This document shows, in pieces, positions 8,790-18,955 of a DNA stretch of 64,000 nt. Made by a program: the position numbers and the translations under genes. A model generated the notes under the pieces. The model did not search any database and was not told where the DNA came from. It saw only the letters and a list, made by a program, of their open reading frames with translations. The DNA comes from Deferribacterales bacterium. GTDB taxonomy: Bacteria > Chrysiogenota > Deferribacteres > Deferribacterales > Geovibrionaceae. The stretch spans positions 278,596 through 342,595 of the forward strand of contig JBFWMA010000002.1 of NCBI GenBank assembly GCA_050251875.1, written 5' to 3'. The number at the start of each line of letters is the position of its first letter. The first letter of the stretch is position 1.

Positions 8790-10109
8790 ATGGCTAAGAA
8801 AGTGTACGCAGGTCTGGTCGGATACGGAACGGTCGGCAGCGGGACAGCGGAAATCCTGCTGAAGCACAAACAGGATATTTTTGAAAAAACAGGCTTTGAG
8901 ATCTGCCTCAAAACGGTGGCGGATATTAAAATAGATACTACGAAACTGGACGATATTCTCGCGCTCTGCCCGAATATCACAAAAAACGCTGACGATATTA
9001 TAAACGATCCCGAGATAGATATCGTTATAGAGCTGGTGGGCGGATATACCTTTGCCAAAGAACTGATTCTGAAAGCTCTGAAAGCGAAAAAACATGTTGT
9101 CACAGCTAATAAGGCTCTTCTGGCTCTGCACGGAGCTGAAATTTATCAGGCGGCGGATGAGAACGGCGTGAGCATAGGTTTCGAAGGCGCTGTGGGCGGC
9201 GGAATACCGCTGATAGGCGTTCTGAAAGAAGATCTGGTGGGTAACAACATAAACGAGGTCTTCGGTATCATCAACGGTACAGCCAACTACATCCTGTCCG
9301 CTATGGAATCAGAGGGCAAAGAGTTCTCCGAGGTGCTGAAAGCCGCTCAGGAGAAGGGATATGCCGAGGCTGACCCTACATTCGACATAGAGGGCATTGA
9401 CACAGCCCATAAGATAACCATACTGGCTTCTATAGGGTTTAAGACCCTGATACCTTTTGATAAAGTGTATACCGAAGGTATATCCAACATCAAACAGGTA
9501 GATATAGAATTTGCCAAACGTCTGAACTGCAAGATAAAACTGCTGGCTATAGCCAGAAAAAGAGACGAATATATCGAAGTTAGAGTTCACCCCACAATGC
9601 TGCCGAAATCAGAGATGATGGCGCAGGTGAACGGTGTTTTCAACGCTGTTGAGTTTGTGGGTGATATGGTCGATAAGACAATGTATTACGGCAGAGGCGC
9701 AGGCGGCAGACCCACAGGTTCCGCTGTTGTCAGCGATGTGGTTTCCATCGCCCGTGACATAGCCATCGGCGGAGTGGGCAGGGTGCCTCTCCTCGGATTT
9801 GCCGGAAAATATGATTATTACTTCCCTATCAGAGATATAAAGGATGTTAAATCCAAGTTTTATCTGCGTTTTTCCGTTCTGGACGAGCCGGGAACACTGG
9901 CGAAAATCGCCGGTATCTTAGGAGAACACGGAATCAGCATTTCTCAGGCGATCCAGCCGGACGAGAGAGCCCCCGGCGAGGTTGTGTCCATGGTGTTCAT
10001 GACTCACAAAGCCGTGACAAGGGACATCATGACAGCCATAGCGGAGATAGACGGGCTGGACTGTGTGAAAGATAAAACAGTCGCCATCAGAGTTAAGGAG
10101 ATAGTTTAA
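8790..10109 (+). CDS. hom: Homoserine dehydrogenase with ACT domain
   Basis: GLVGYGTVGSG, VVTANKA, EGAVGGGIP, GIINGTANYIL, GYAEADPTFDIEG; C-terminal ACT. GGAGG RBS before ATG 8790. Confidence 0.95.
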   Translation: MAKKVYAGLVGYGTVGSGTAEILLKHKQDIFEKTGFEICLKTVADIKIDTTKLDDILALCPNITKNADDIINDPEIDIVIELVGGYTFAKELILKALKAKKHVVTANKALLALHGAEIYQAADENGVSIGFEGAVGGGIPLIGVLKEDLVGNNINEVFGIINGTANYILSAMESEGKEFSEVLKAAQEKGYAEADPTFDIEGIDTAHKITILASIGFKTLIPFDKVYTEGISNIKQVDIEFAKRLNCKIKLLAIARKRDEYIEVRVHPTMLPKSEMMAQVNGVFNAVEFVGDMVDKTMYYGRGAGGRPTGSAVVSDVVSIARDIAIGGVGRVPLLGFAGKYDYYFPIRDIKDVKSKFYLRFSVLDEPGTLAKIAGILGEHGISISQAIQPDERAPGEVVSMVFMTHKAVTRDIMTAIAEIDGLDCVKDKTVAIRVKEIV

Positions 10110-11275
10110 TGAAGTTTGTTGTTCTGCTCACCGATGGGATGAGCGATCATAAGATAGAGGCGCTGGGCGGTAAGACCGTCATGCAGTACGCCAAAAAACC
10201 TAATATGGACAAGCTGGTGACAGAGGGCGTGGGCGGATTTATAAAGACCACACCCGAAGGATATTACCCCGGCAGCGATATATGCAATCTGTCCGTCATG
10301 GGATATGACCCCACCATCTATTATTCCGGCAGAAGCCCTCTGGAGGCTGGAAGCCAGGGAATAGAGCTGGGCAAAAGCGATATGGCCTTCCGCTGTAACC
10401 TTGTTACGCTGGACGGCGATGTGATGGATGATTTCTCAGCCCACCACATAGACGCTAAAGTGGCTCAGGCATGTATAAAAGAGCTGGACTCCATATTCCG
10501 CCCCGAAGGCATAGAGTTCTATCCCGGTGTGGGCTACCGCAACCTGATGATTATGCGCAACGTTGATTTCGACATGAAAACCACGCCTCCACACGATATC
10601 ATGGGGCAGGAGTGGAAAAAATATCTGCCCACAGGCAGAGGCTCTGAAAAACTGCTGGATATCATGCAGAGAGCGAAAAAAGTTTTCGATGGCGGAAAAT
10701 ACGCCAGAGCGAACAGCATATGGTTTTGGGGCGAGGGCAAAAAACCCGATATGCCTCTGTTCAAAGAGCTTTATGGTCTTAACGGATCAGTTGTCGCCGC
10801 TGTTGACCTCATCAGAGGCATAGGCAGATTCGGCGGACTGGAAGTGATAGACGTTCCGGGAGCCACCGGCTTTATCGATACGAATTTCGAGGGCAAGGCT
10901 GAATACGCCCTTAAAACGCTTGAAAAAAACGACTATGTCTTTATACATGTTGAAGCCCCTGACGAGGCAGGACACATGGGCAGTGTGGAGGAGAAGGTGA
11001 AAGCTGTGGAGAACATCGACAGCCGCATGCTCCCCATCCTGATGGAAGGACTTAAGAAATTCGGTGAGTTCAGAATCCTGATTACTCCCGACCACCCGAC
11101 ACCCGTTCTGAAAAGAACGCACGTTGCCGAGCCTGTCCCCGCCGTTATATACGGCACAGGGGTAAAACCGGACGGCAACACAACCTATGACGAGTTTATG
11201 AAGCCGACATTCTTCATAGAGAATGGATACAGAATAGCAGATTATTTTCTGAAAAGTGCCGTCATCGGCGGCTGA
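10109..11275 (+). CDS. apgM: Cofactor-independent phosphoglycerate mutase family (ApgM / proposed homoserine kinase)
   Basis: DGMSD, PGSDICNLS..GYDP, GRSPLEA, HVEAPDEAGH, TPDHPTP...H alkaline-phosphatase-fold motifs. Confidence 0.85.
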   Translation: MKFVVLLTDGMSDHKIEALGGKTVMQYAKKPNMDKLVTEGVGGFIKTTPEGYYPGSDICNLSVMGYDPTIYYSGRSPLEAGSQGIELGKSDMAFRCNLVTLDGDVMDDFSAHHIDAKVAQACIKELDSIFRPEGIEFYPGVGYRNLMIMRNVDFDMKTTPPHDIMGQEWKKYLPTGRGSEKLLDIMQRAKKVFDGGKYARANSIWFWGEGKKPDMPLFKELYGLNGSVVAAVDLIRGIGRFGGLEVIDVPGATGFIDTNFEGKAEYALKTLEKNDYVFIHVEAPDEAGHMGSVEEKVKAVENIDSRMLPILMEGLKKFGEFRILITPDHPTPVLKRTHVAEPVPAVIYGTGVKPDGNTTYDEFMKPTFFIENGYRIADYFLKSAVIGG

Positions 11276-11293
11276 TTGCAGAAGGAGGATTAT

Positions 11294-12508
11294 GTGGGCA
11301 TTGTAGTTATGAAGTTCGGAGGGACCAGCGTCGGTTCTATCGAACGCATCAAAAATGTCGCGAGAATTATCGCAAAGAAGAAAGACGAAGGTAATGACGT
11401 TGTTACCGTAGTCTCCGCTATGTCAGGCGAAACAGACAGGCTGATCAACCTCCTGAAAGAGATTGAGCCTAAATTCAGCCCCCGTGAATACGACCAGCTC
11501 GTTTCAACGGGTGAGACCGCCAGCTCGCCTCTGGTTGCACAGACTCTGATTACAATGGGGTATGACGCGATCTCTCTGACCGGTATCCAGATCGGCATGA
11601 TAACAAACGGCGTACATTCAAACAGCCGTATCATGGACGTGAAGGCTGACAGGATCAGAAAAGAACTGGCAAAAGGAAAAATATGCATCGTTGCCGGATT
11701 TCAGGGTATCGACCCTGAGACTGGCGATGTGACAACTCTGGGCAGGGGCGGTTCTGATACGTCCGCCGTGGCTGTTGCCGCCGCTCTGAAAGCGAACGTG
11801 TGCGAGATTTACACGGACGTGGACGGCGTATACACCGCAGACCCCAGAATCGTCAAGCATGCTAAAAAACTAGATAAAATCTCCTATGATGAAATGCTGG
11901 AGCTGGCTTCTCTGGGCGCTAAGGTGCTCCAGTCCAGAAGCGTTGAGCTGGGCATGAATCACAATGTCGATATTATGGTACTTTCATCTCTCGAAGAAAA
12001 ACCGGGAACATTAGTTACTAAGGAGGATTCAGACATGGAGCAGGTTGTAGTAACCGGCGTTGTATCAGACAAAAATCAGGCAAAGATCACTATTACGGAA
12101 GTTCCGGATAAACCCGGAATCGCTTCTACAATTTTTAATAAAATCGCTGCGAGCAACATCAACGTGGATGTAATCGTTCAGAACGTCAGCAAAGACGGCA
12201 ACACAGATCTGTCCTTCACTATTCAGAAAACAGACCTGCTGAGAGCCACAGACGTTTGCAACGCAATATCCAAAGAGATAGGTGCTAAGGGGGTTCTGGC
12301 GGATGAGAACATCGCCAAAGTATCTATTGTGGGCGTGGGTATGAGAAGCCACTCCGGCGTAGCGGCAAAAATGTTCTCACTTCTGGCTGAGAACAACATC
12401 AATATAAAGATGATAACCACCAGCGAGATAAAAGTTTCATGCGTTGTGGAGGAGAAATTCTCCGAGCTTGCGGTCAGAATACTGCATGAGGCGTTTGTCG
12501 AGGCGTAA
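11294..12508 (+). CDS. lysC: Aspartate kinase
   Basis: [35 protein letters not shown], two ACT domains. AGGAGG RBS before GTG 11294. Confidence 0.95.
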   Translation: MGIVVMKFGGTSVGSIERIKNVARIIAKKKDEGNDVVTVVSAMSGETDRLINLLKEIEPKFSPREYDQLVSTGETASSPLVAQTLITMGYDAISLTGIQIGMITNGVHSNSRIMDVKADRIRKELAKGKICIVAGFQGIDPETGDVTTLGRGGSDTSAVAVAAALKANVCEIYTDVDGVYTADPRIVKHAKKLDKISYDEMLELASLGAKVLQSRSVELGMNHNVDIMVLSSLEEKPGTLVTKEDSDMEQVVVTGVVSDKNQAKITITEVPDKPGIASTIFNKIAASNINVDVIVQNVSKDGNTDLSFTIQKTDLLRATDVCNAISKEIGAKGVLADENIAKVSIVGVGMRSHSGVAAKMFSLLAENNINIKMITTSEIKVSCVVEEKFSELAVRILHEAFVEA

Positions 12509-12531
12509 AACCTCAAAATTTGGAGTTAATA

Positions 12532-14115
12532 ATGTCGAAGAAAATAGAGATATACGACACCACGCTGAGAGACGGAACTCAGTCGGAGGACGTAAATTTC
12601 ACCATAGCTGATAAAGTGAAGATAGCGGAAGCGCTCTGCGATTTCGGCGTGAGATATATCGAAGGCGGATGGCCCGGGTCAAACCCCAGAGACATCGGCT
12701 TTTTCAAAGCGGTGAAAGAATCCAGCGCCCCCGTGGACAACATAGCGGCGTTCGGAAGCACCAGACGCGCAAAACGCACATGCGACACAGACGAAAACAT
12801 TCAGGCTCTTCTGGAAGTGGAGGTTCCTAACCTCACCATCTTCGGAAAGACATGGGATCTGCACGTCAGAGAGGCTCTGAAGATTGAGCTCGAGCACAAC
12901 CTTGAGATCATCAACGACTCTGTGGCATATCTGAAATCTAAAGTGGACAGAGCGTTTTATGACGCTGAACACTTTTTTGACGGGTACAAGGCGAACAAAG
13001 AATACGCTCTGAATACCCTGAGAGCGGCTATGGAAGCAAAAGCCGACTGTCTGATACTCTGCGATACCAACGGCGGAACAATGCCTCAGGAGCTCGCTGA
13101 GATCATCACAGAGGTTAAAAAGGTCACAGGAGACTATCCTCTGGGCATCCACTGTCACAACGACAGCGACTGTGCCGTGGCTAACTCCGTGATGGCCGTC
13201 ATCAACGGAATTACTCAGGTTCAGGGAACTATCAACGGATACGGCGAGAGATGCGGAAACGCTAACCTCTGCTCCGTGATACCCAACCTCCAGCTGAAAT
13301 ACGGATATGAGTGCGTGCCGGCAGACAAGCTGAACAGGCTGCGCATAGTGTCCAGATATGTTAACGAGCTGGGCAACCTGAAGCACAACATCCACCAGCC
13401 TTATGTCGGACGCGCGGCGTTCGCTCACAAGGGCGGGGTGCATGTGAGCGCCATTCTGAAAAACTCAAAAACATATGAGCACATAGAACCCGAACTGGTG
13501 GGCAACAAACAGAGAGTTCTGCTTTCAGACCTTTCCGGAAAGTCCAACCTTGTTTATAAAGCGAAAGATTTCGGTCTGGATATAGACAGCAACGATCCCA
13601 AGATCAACGCTGTTATCGAAAACCTGAAAGAGCTTGAGAACAAAGGTTTTCAGTATGAGGGCGCGGAGGCTTCCTTCGAGCTTCTGATGAGAAAAACTAT
13701 GGGCACTTTCACTCCTTTCTTCGATTCAATCAGCTATCGTGTGCTGGATGAAAAGAACGACTGCACAGGCGGTCCCACAGCGGAAGCCACAGTCATGATC
13801 GAAGTAGGGGAAGAATACGAGCACACAGCGGCGGCTGGAAACGGTCCCGTGAACGCTCTGGACAAGGCTGTCAGAAAGGCTCTGATGAAATTCTATCCCT
13901 CCATAGGCGATATGGAGCTGGTGGATTTCAAAGTCCGTATCCTGTCATCCACAGAGGGCACAGAGGCTGTTACCCGTGTTCTTATCGAGACAAAAGATAA
14001 AGAACACACATGGGGCACAGTGGGCGTCGCGGCTAACATTGTAGACGCTTCGTATCAGGCTCTTATGGATTCGATAGAATATAAGCTGATGAAAGATAAA
14101 GAAAAATCAAACTGA
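12532..14115 (+). CDS. cimA: Citramalate synthase
   Basis: YDTTLRDGTQ, EGGWPGSNP, FGKTWDLHV, DAEHFFDG, HCHND, AFAHKGGVH; LeuA-type regulatory C-terminal domain. Confidence 0.9.
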   Translation: MSKKIEIYDTTLRDGTQSEDVNFTIADKVKIAEALCDFGVRYIEGGWPGSNPRDIGFFKAVKESSAPVDNIAAFGSTRRAKRTCDTDENIQALLEVEVPNLTIFGKTWDLHVREALKIELEHNLEIINDSVAYLKSKVDRAFYDAEHFFDGYKANKEYALNTLRAAMEAKADCLILCDTNGGTMPQELAEIITEVKKVTGDYPLGIHCHNDSDCAVANSVMAVINGITQVQGTINGYGERCGNANLCSVIPNLQLKYGYECVPADKLNRLRIVSRYVNELGNLKHNIHQPYVGRAAFAHKGGVHVSAILKNSKTYEHIEPELVGNKQRVLLSDLSGKSNLVYKAKDFGLDIDSNDPKINAVIENLKELENKGFQYEGAEASFELLMRKTMGTFTPFFDSISYRVLDEKNDCTGGPTAEATVMIEVGEEYEHTAAAGNGPVNALDKAVRKALMKFYPSIGDMELVDFKVRILSSTEGTEAVTRVLIETKDKEHTWGTVGVAANIVDASYQALMDSIEYKLMKDKEKSN

Positions 14116-14120
14116 TTTAT

Positions 14121-14153
14121 AAAAGGCCGCTTATTCCGAGCGGCCTTTGTTTT
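14121..14153 (+). terminator. Rho-independent terminator after cimA
   Basis: AAAGGCCGCT-loop-AGCGGCCTTT followed by a T-rich tract. Confidence 0.8.
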
Positions 14154-14213
14154 AAGCGCACGTTACTAAAAATTTAACAGTTGAAAAAAATACCAAAGCT
14201 ATTATAATTAAAT

Positions 14214-14292
14214 TACCAAACAGACTATTGCCCGGCTATTTCTATGCTTTATCCCTCCTCCCCCCTTAAAGCATGTAGCCGGGATTTTTTTT
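14214..14292 (+). ncRNA. Candidate small RNA with C/U-rich anti-SD loop
   Basis: TTGAAA-16-TATAAT (14181-14208). Stems CCCGGCTA/TAGCCGGG and ATGCTTTA/TAAAGCAT enclose loop TCCCTCCTCCCCCCT, followed by T8. Confidence 0.55.
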
Positions 14293-14740
14293 ATCCTTTT
14301 ATCCAGCCGTTTTCGATTGATATGCTGATTATCTGTCTGGCGCAGAAGTCTACTGTTTTGTGGCAGGAGTTGAATTTCCCGATTCCTAAAAATTTTGAGG
14401 CGTTTTTGGTGATTACCCGGCAGCAGGCGCTTTTGAACTCTTCTCTGAAAGCGTCATGAAGTTTTCTGACGGCTTTGTTCAGCTTGTCTGTGGGTTCGTC
14501 CGGTTTCAGTCTGCCCCCCATGGAGCTCAGTACGAAGACAGAGCCGGAGAGGGCTCCGCAGATACATCCTGATCCGCCTATACCCTCTACAAAAGCCGAC
14601 ATGCCTCTTTTTATTTCGTCTGAAAAGTTTATTTCAGTGTTCTTTTCGAAGGCGAGAAGCACAGCCTCTGAGCAGGCGTAGCCCTCTTTAAAATAGCTGA
14701 CAGCGTCACGGGCTGTCAGATCCGCTAATGTTTCTGACAT
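14291..14740 (-). CDS. C-GCAxxG-C-C family redox-active protein
   Basis: YACSEAV, GCICGALSG, ACC and SCH cysteine pattern. Confidence 0.85.
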   Translation of the reverse strand: MSETLADLTARDAVSYFKEGYACSEAVLLAFEKNTEINFSDEIKRGMSAFVEGIGGSGCICGALSGSVFVLSSMGGRLKPDEPTDKLNKAVRKLHDAFREEFKSACCRVITKNASKFLGIGKFNSCHKTVDFCARQIISISIENGWIKG

Positions 14741-14867
14741 GATTACATCTCCAGATAAATAATATAGTCCAAGTTAGACCAAATTCACCTGTTAATTGTC
14801 AACAATTTTGTCTTGATACTGAAAATTTAATTGGATAGTATGTTTGTATAACTATATATGGTGCAAA

Positions 14868-15950
14868 ATGCTTAAGTTTTTTATTTCGTTAAGTATATTA
14901 ACGGTATTTTCGTTGGCTGCGGCTGATGAAGGGACTATCATTGATGCGTGCGGTCGGGATATTGTGATGCCCGGCAGTCCGAAAAAAATCATCGCTATCG
15001 GTCCGGGAGCCGCCGCTCTGACGGTTTACGCCGATATGTCAAAATACCTGGTGGCGAAAGAGGCGTATGGGAGCGAAGGCGCCATGTACAGGCAGTGTTC
15101 ATGCGCATATCCCGATAACTATGCTTCCATGCCTGTGGTTTATAACAACATGCCGGGGAGCATGCCGGATTATGACGCCATCATAGAGGCAAAACCCCAG
15201 CTGGTTCTGGCGTCCGGATTCAACAAACAGCAGATAGACACCATATATCAGTCCACACGGGTTCCCGTTGCCGCTGTGAACTGCAGCGAGTCCGGATATA
15301 TGCATTACGACACCATAGTGCAGTCGCTGAGGCTCACCGGATATCTTTTGAAAAAAGAGAAGGAGATGCAGAACATTCTGAACTTCATGGCGAAGGTCAG
15401 AAAAGAGCTGTATATGGCTACCAAAGATGTTGAACCGGCAAAGATATTCATAATATCAGAGACATACGGCAATAACAAAAACGTATTCACATCTGAAAGA
15501 TGCTACTGCTATCTGAAACTGATAAATTCATCCAACCTTACATCCGGCAAAGATTCCGATCCGAAGTATCTGAAAATTGACAGGCAGGAACTGCTGAAGA
15601 TTCAGCCGGAATATATTTTCATAGAATATCCGCTGCTGGATAGAATAAAAGCGGACTATGCCAAGAATAAACAGTATTACAAACAGCTTAAGGCTGTGAA
15701 AGAAAACAGGGTGTTCACAATTCTGCCTTATAACCATTTCATGGCTAATATCGAGAACATGATGATGAACGCTTATTTTATTGGAAAAACCGTTTACAGT
15801 GAAAAGTTTAAGCAGATTGATATGCACAGAAAATCTGACGAGATAACAGAAGAGCTCACCGGAAACGACTATTACAGCGAGCTGGTGGCGGAGACGGCTG
15901 TTTTCAAGAATATTGTCTTTGACGAGAAGGGAATCACAATAAAAAAATAA
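14868..15950 (+). CDS. Class III (iron-siderophore/cobalamin) ABC substrate-binding protein, orphan
   Basis: Signal peptide, IIDACGR.I..P..PKKIIA, D.II..KPQLV, LKAVKENRVF. Confidence 0.75.
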   Translation: MLKFFISLSILTVFSLAAADEGTIIDACGRDIVMPGSPKKIIAIGPGAAALTVYADMSKYLVAKEAYGSEGAMYRQCSCAYPDNYASMPVVYNNMPGSMPDYDAIIEAKPQLVLASGFNKQQIDTIYQSTRVPVAAVNCSESGYMHYDTIVQSLRLTGYLLKKEKEMQNILNFMAKVRKELYMATKDVEPAKIFIISETYGNNKNVFTSERCYCYLKLINSSNLTSGKDSDPKYLKIDRQELLKIQPEYIFIEYPLLDRIKADYAKNKQYYKQLKAVKENRVFTILPYNHFMANIENMMMNAYFIGKTVYSEKFKQIDMHRKSDEITEELTGNDYYSELVAETAVFKNIVFDEKGITIKK

Positions 15951-15975
15951 CCGCCGGAGTTTTTGCCCCGGCGGT
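15950..15975. terminator. Bidirectional terminator between the SBP gene and pyrC
   Basis: ACCGCCGG...CCGGCGGT hairpin between convergent genes. Confidence 0.65.
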
Positions 15976-15982
15976 CTTTATA

Positions 15983-17260
15983 TTATTTCGGAAATTCAAA
16001 TACCACGTTCCCGCTTTTTATTGTGTAAAGAGCGGCGCCTTTAAGTTTTTTACCCATCCAGGGAGTGTTCACTGATTTTGACTTGTTCAGTTTTTCATCG
16101 AAAACATATTCCAGCTCAGTGTCCAGAACCACTATATCTGCCAGCTTTCCGGGGGCTATTTCGCCTCTGTCTGTTTTCTTGATAAGTTTTGCGGGTGTGT
16201 AGGATGTCAGTCTGACAAAATCCTTCATATCTATAACGCCTTTATCAACCAGCGCCAGAGACAGGGGAAGCATGGTCTGAATACCTGTTATGCCAAAGGG
16301 GGCGAGGTCGAATTCCTGCGCTTTTTCATCGGGATGGTGAGGCGCATGGTCTGTTACTATGCAGTCGATATCGCCGTTTTTAAGTCCATCTATCATGGCG
16401 TCCATATCTTCCTGAGCACGCAGGGGAGGGTTCATTTTGGCGTTGGTGTCATATGTCAGAAGCTCTTTCTCTGTCAGTGTGAAGTGGTGGGGCGTTACCT
16501 CGCATGTGACGTTGTATCCCATTGATTTTGCCCATTTCACCAGATCCAGAGTGCCTTTGGAGCTGATGTGGCAGATGTGGACGTGAGCGCCTGTGAGTTT
16601 TGACATCAGGATGTCACGGGCTACCATTACTTCCTCACATTCGCTGGGGATGCCCTTCAGTCCTGTGATGGCGGCTACTTCGCCCTCGTGGATAACACCC
16701 GCTCCGGCGAGACTCTTATCCTCTGCGTGGCTGATAACCATAGCGCCGAACTGTGAGGCATATTCGCATGCTCTTCTGAAAACCTCGGCAGTCATAACGG
16801 GTTTGCCGTCATCGGAAAAGCCTATCGCTCCGCCCTCGGTCATATCGCCCATCTCGGTCAGCTCTTCGCCGTCCATGCCTTTTGTTACTGCGCCGATGGG
16901 AAAGATATCGATCAGACCGTCTTTTTTGCCTTTGTTTACCATATATTCAGTGATGACACGGTTGTCATTCACCGGTTTTGTGTTTGCCATGGGACATGCC
17001 GCAGTAACTCCGCCGGCGACAGCCGCCTTCGCTCCGGATGTGATGTCCTCTTTGTATTCCAGACCGGGATCACGGAAGTGAACGTGAAGGTCTATGAGAC
17101 CCGGCACAACGTATTTTCCGCCGCAGTCGATCACTTTGTCGGCTTTTTCATCCGCTTTCGCTGTGACAGAAGCTATTGTGTCGCCGTCTATCAGGATGTT
17201 TCCATCCGTTATATTGTTATGGTTTACGATCTTACAGTTTTTAAGAAGCGTTTTCATCAT
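15983..17260 (-). CDS. pyrC: Dihydroorotase
   Basis: [44 protein letters not shown]. Confidence 0.95.
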   Translation of the reverse strand: MMKTLLKNCKIVNHNNITDGNILIDGDTIASVTAKADEKADKVIDCGGKYVVPGLIDLHVHFRDPGLEYKEDITSGAKAAVAGGVTAACPMANTKPVNDNRVITEYMVNKGKKDGLIDIFPIGAVTKGMDGEELTEMGDMTEGGAIGFSDDGKPVMTAEVFRRACEYASQFGAMVISHAEDKSLAGAGVIHEGEVAAITGLKGIPSECEEVMVARDILMSKLTGAHVHICHISSKGTLDLVKWAKSMGYNVTCEVTPHHFTLTEKELLTYDTNAKMNPPLRAQEDMDAMIDGLKNGDIDCIVTDHAPHHPDEKAQEFDLAPFGITGIQTMLPLSLALVDKGVIDMKDFVRLTSYTPAKLIKKTDRGEIAPGKLADIVVLDTELEYVFDEKLNKSKSVNTPWMGKKLKGAALYTIKSGNVVFEFPK

Positions 17261-18191
17261 ATCCCCCTTTGTTGCTGCCTATGCCGAGTATGTAAAGGGC
17301 CGCCATTCTCACGGCAACACCATTGGAAACCTGTTTCAGAACGCCTGACTGATCGCTGTCTGCCACGTTGCTCATCAGCTCCACGCCACGGTTTATGGGA
17401 CCTGGGTGCATCACGAGAGCGTTTTTATTGGCGAGAGCCAGCTTGTCTTTTGTCAGACCGAAAAATTTCGCGTATTCTTTTGTGGAGGGGACGAGGAGTT
17501 TTCCCTGACGCTCTCTCTGGATGCGGAGCATGATGATGACGTCCGCGCCTTCAACCGCCTCCTGCATGTTTTTGCACACACGGCATCCGAACACCTCGTG
17601 GTGCTTGGGTATCATTGTGGAAGGTCCGAACAGTCTGAGGTTGATACCCAGTCTGGGCATAGCCCATATGTCTGAACGTGCTACACGGCTGTGTGTGATA
17701 TCACCGATGATTGCCACTTCCAAACCGTTAAGGTCACCCTTTGCCTGACGTATGGTGAGCATGTCCAGCAGAGCCTGTGTGGGGTGCTCGTTCAGTCCGT
17801 CTCCGGCGTTTATGATGTGAGCATCGGAGTTTTCCGCTATATATTTCACGGCGCCGGAATACTGGTGGCGCACAACGAAAATATCCGAGTGCATTGATTC
17901 CATGTTTTTAACTGTATCTATAAGGGTTTCGCCTTTGGTCGTGCTGCTGGCTGACGCTGTGAAGTTGATAGTGTCGGCGGACAGACGTTTTCCGGCTATC
18001 TCGAATGATGTTCTTGTTCTGGTGGAGGGCTCAAAGAAAAGGTTGATGACTGTCTTGCCCTTCAGAGTAGGCACTTTCTTAACATCCCTTTCGTTGATTT
18101 CTGTAAATTTCTGGGCTGTGTCCAGCAGATAGAGGATCTCCTCTTTTGTCAGATCCTTCATCCCCAAAAGATCTTTGCGTTTGTAAGCCAT
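17241..18191 (-). CDS. pyrB: Aspartate carbamoyltransferase catalytic subunit
   Basis: [47 protein letters not shown]. Confidence 0.96.
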   Translation of the reverse strand: MAYKRKDLLGMKDLTKEEILYLLDTAQKFTEINERDVKKVPTLKGKTVINLFFEPSTRTRTSFEIAGKRLSADTINFTASASSTTKGETLIDTVKNMESMHSDIFVVRHQYSGAVKYIAENSDAHIINAGDGLNEHPTQALLDMLTIRQAKGDLNGLEVAIIGDITHSRVARSDIWAMPRLGINLRLFGPSTMIPKHHEVFGCRVCKNMQEAVEGADVIIMLRIQRERQGKLLVPSTKEYAKFFGLTKDKLALANKNALVMHPGPINRGVELMSNVADSDQSGVLKQVSNGVAVRMAALYILGIGSNKGGYDENAS

Positions 18192-18207
18192 TTCGGACTC
18201 CTTTGTG

Positions 18208-18744
18208 TTATGCTGTTTTTTGTATTAATACACAATCATTTCCGGCTTGTTCTTTCAGCCGGACTTCAATTATTTCGTTCAGTGATGTGGGGACAACTTT
18301 TCCCACAAAATCTGGCTGGATAGGAAGCTCTCTGTGTCCTCTGTCTATGAGGGAGGCGAGAGATATCTTTTTCGGTCTGCCCAGATCGATCAGGGCGTCC
18401 ATAGCCGCTCTGGTGGTTCTGCCTGTGAAGACCACATCGTCCACCAGAATGATATGTCTGCCGCACACGTCAAAGTCTATCTCTGTCCCGTGGAGAACAG
18501 GGTAGTCGTGTATGGTGGTGAGGTCGTCTCTGTAGAGCGTGATATCCAGAAACCCCAGCAGAACATCTTTGCGTCCGGCTGTTTTCAGAATATCCGCCAG
18601 TCTGGAAGCCAGGTGCGCTCCGCCTCTGCGTATTCCCACAAGGCAGATACCGTCATTTTCCTTAACGGATTCAATGATCTGCGACACCATTCTCGTCAGT
18701 GTTCTCGACATTTCCTCTTCGTTCATTATTTCTTTCTGGGTCAT
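18208..18744 (-). CDS. pyrR: Bifunctional pyr regulator/uracil phosphoribosyltransferase PyrR
   Basis: [47 protein letters not shown]. Confidence 0.95.
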   Translation of the reverse strand: MTQKEIMNEEEMSRTLTRMVSQIIESVKENDGICLVGIRRGGAHLASRLADILKTAGRKDVLLGFLDITLYRDDLTTIHDYPVLHGTEIDFDVCGRHIILVDDVVFTGRTTRAAMDALIDLGRPKKISLASLIDRGHRELPIQPDFVGKVVPTSLNEIIEVRLKEQAGNDCVLIQKTA

Positions 18745-18761
18745 GTAAGCCTCCGGTATGC

Positions 18762-18801
18762 AAAAAAAAAGCCTTTTAACCGCTAAATGCGGCTAAAAGG
18801 C
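18762..18801 (-). terminator. Attenuator terminator in the pyrR leader
   Basis: Minus strand GCCTTTTAGCCGC-ATTTA-GCGGTTAAAAGGC followed by T9, lying between the promoter and the pyrR RBS. Confidence 0.8.
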
Positions 18802-18809
18802 CGTGTATT

Positions 18810-18845
18810 TCAAAAAATGTTTAGTATGTTAATCCAGTATTTCAT
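18810..18845 (-). CDS. Putative leader peptide MKYWINILNIF
   Basis: AAGGGTGA-N-ATG; 11 codons ending ATT TTT TGA, 8 nt before the terminator stem. Confidence 0.45.
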   Translation of the reverse strand: MKYWINILNIF

Positions 18846-18859
18846 CGTTCACCCTTGCG

Positions 18860-18889
18860 ATAATAGCCCTTTGTATTTTATCTTGTCAA
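18860..18889 (-). promoter_or_regulatory. Sigma-70 promoter of pyrR-pyrB-pyrC
   Basis: TTGACA (18889-18884), 18 bp spacer, TATTAT (18865-18860). Confidence 0.7.
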
Positions 18890-18955
18890 CGAAATTTGTT
18901 GATTAAAACTTTAGGATTTTATAAAATCATATAATATCAGATAAAAGGAGTTGTC

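Noticed and set aside
14244..14459. 71-aa + strand ORF starting inside the sRNA hairpin (possible type I toxin)
   Set aside because: It has no RBS, runs through a terminator-like T tract and is antisense to a genuine gene.
14765..14781. GntR-like imperfect palindrome TAGTCCAAGTTAGACCA
   Set aside because: It is a single weak copy with no cognate regulator nearby, which is insufficient support.
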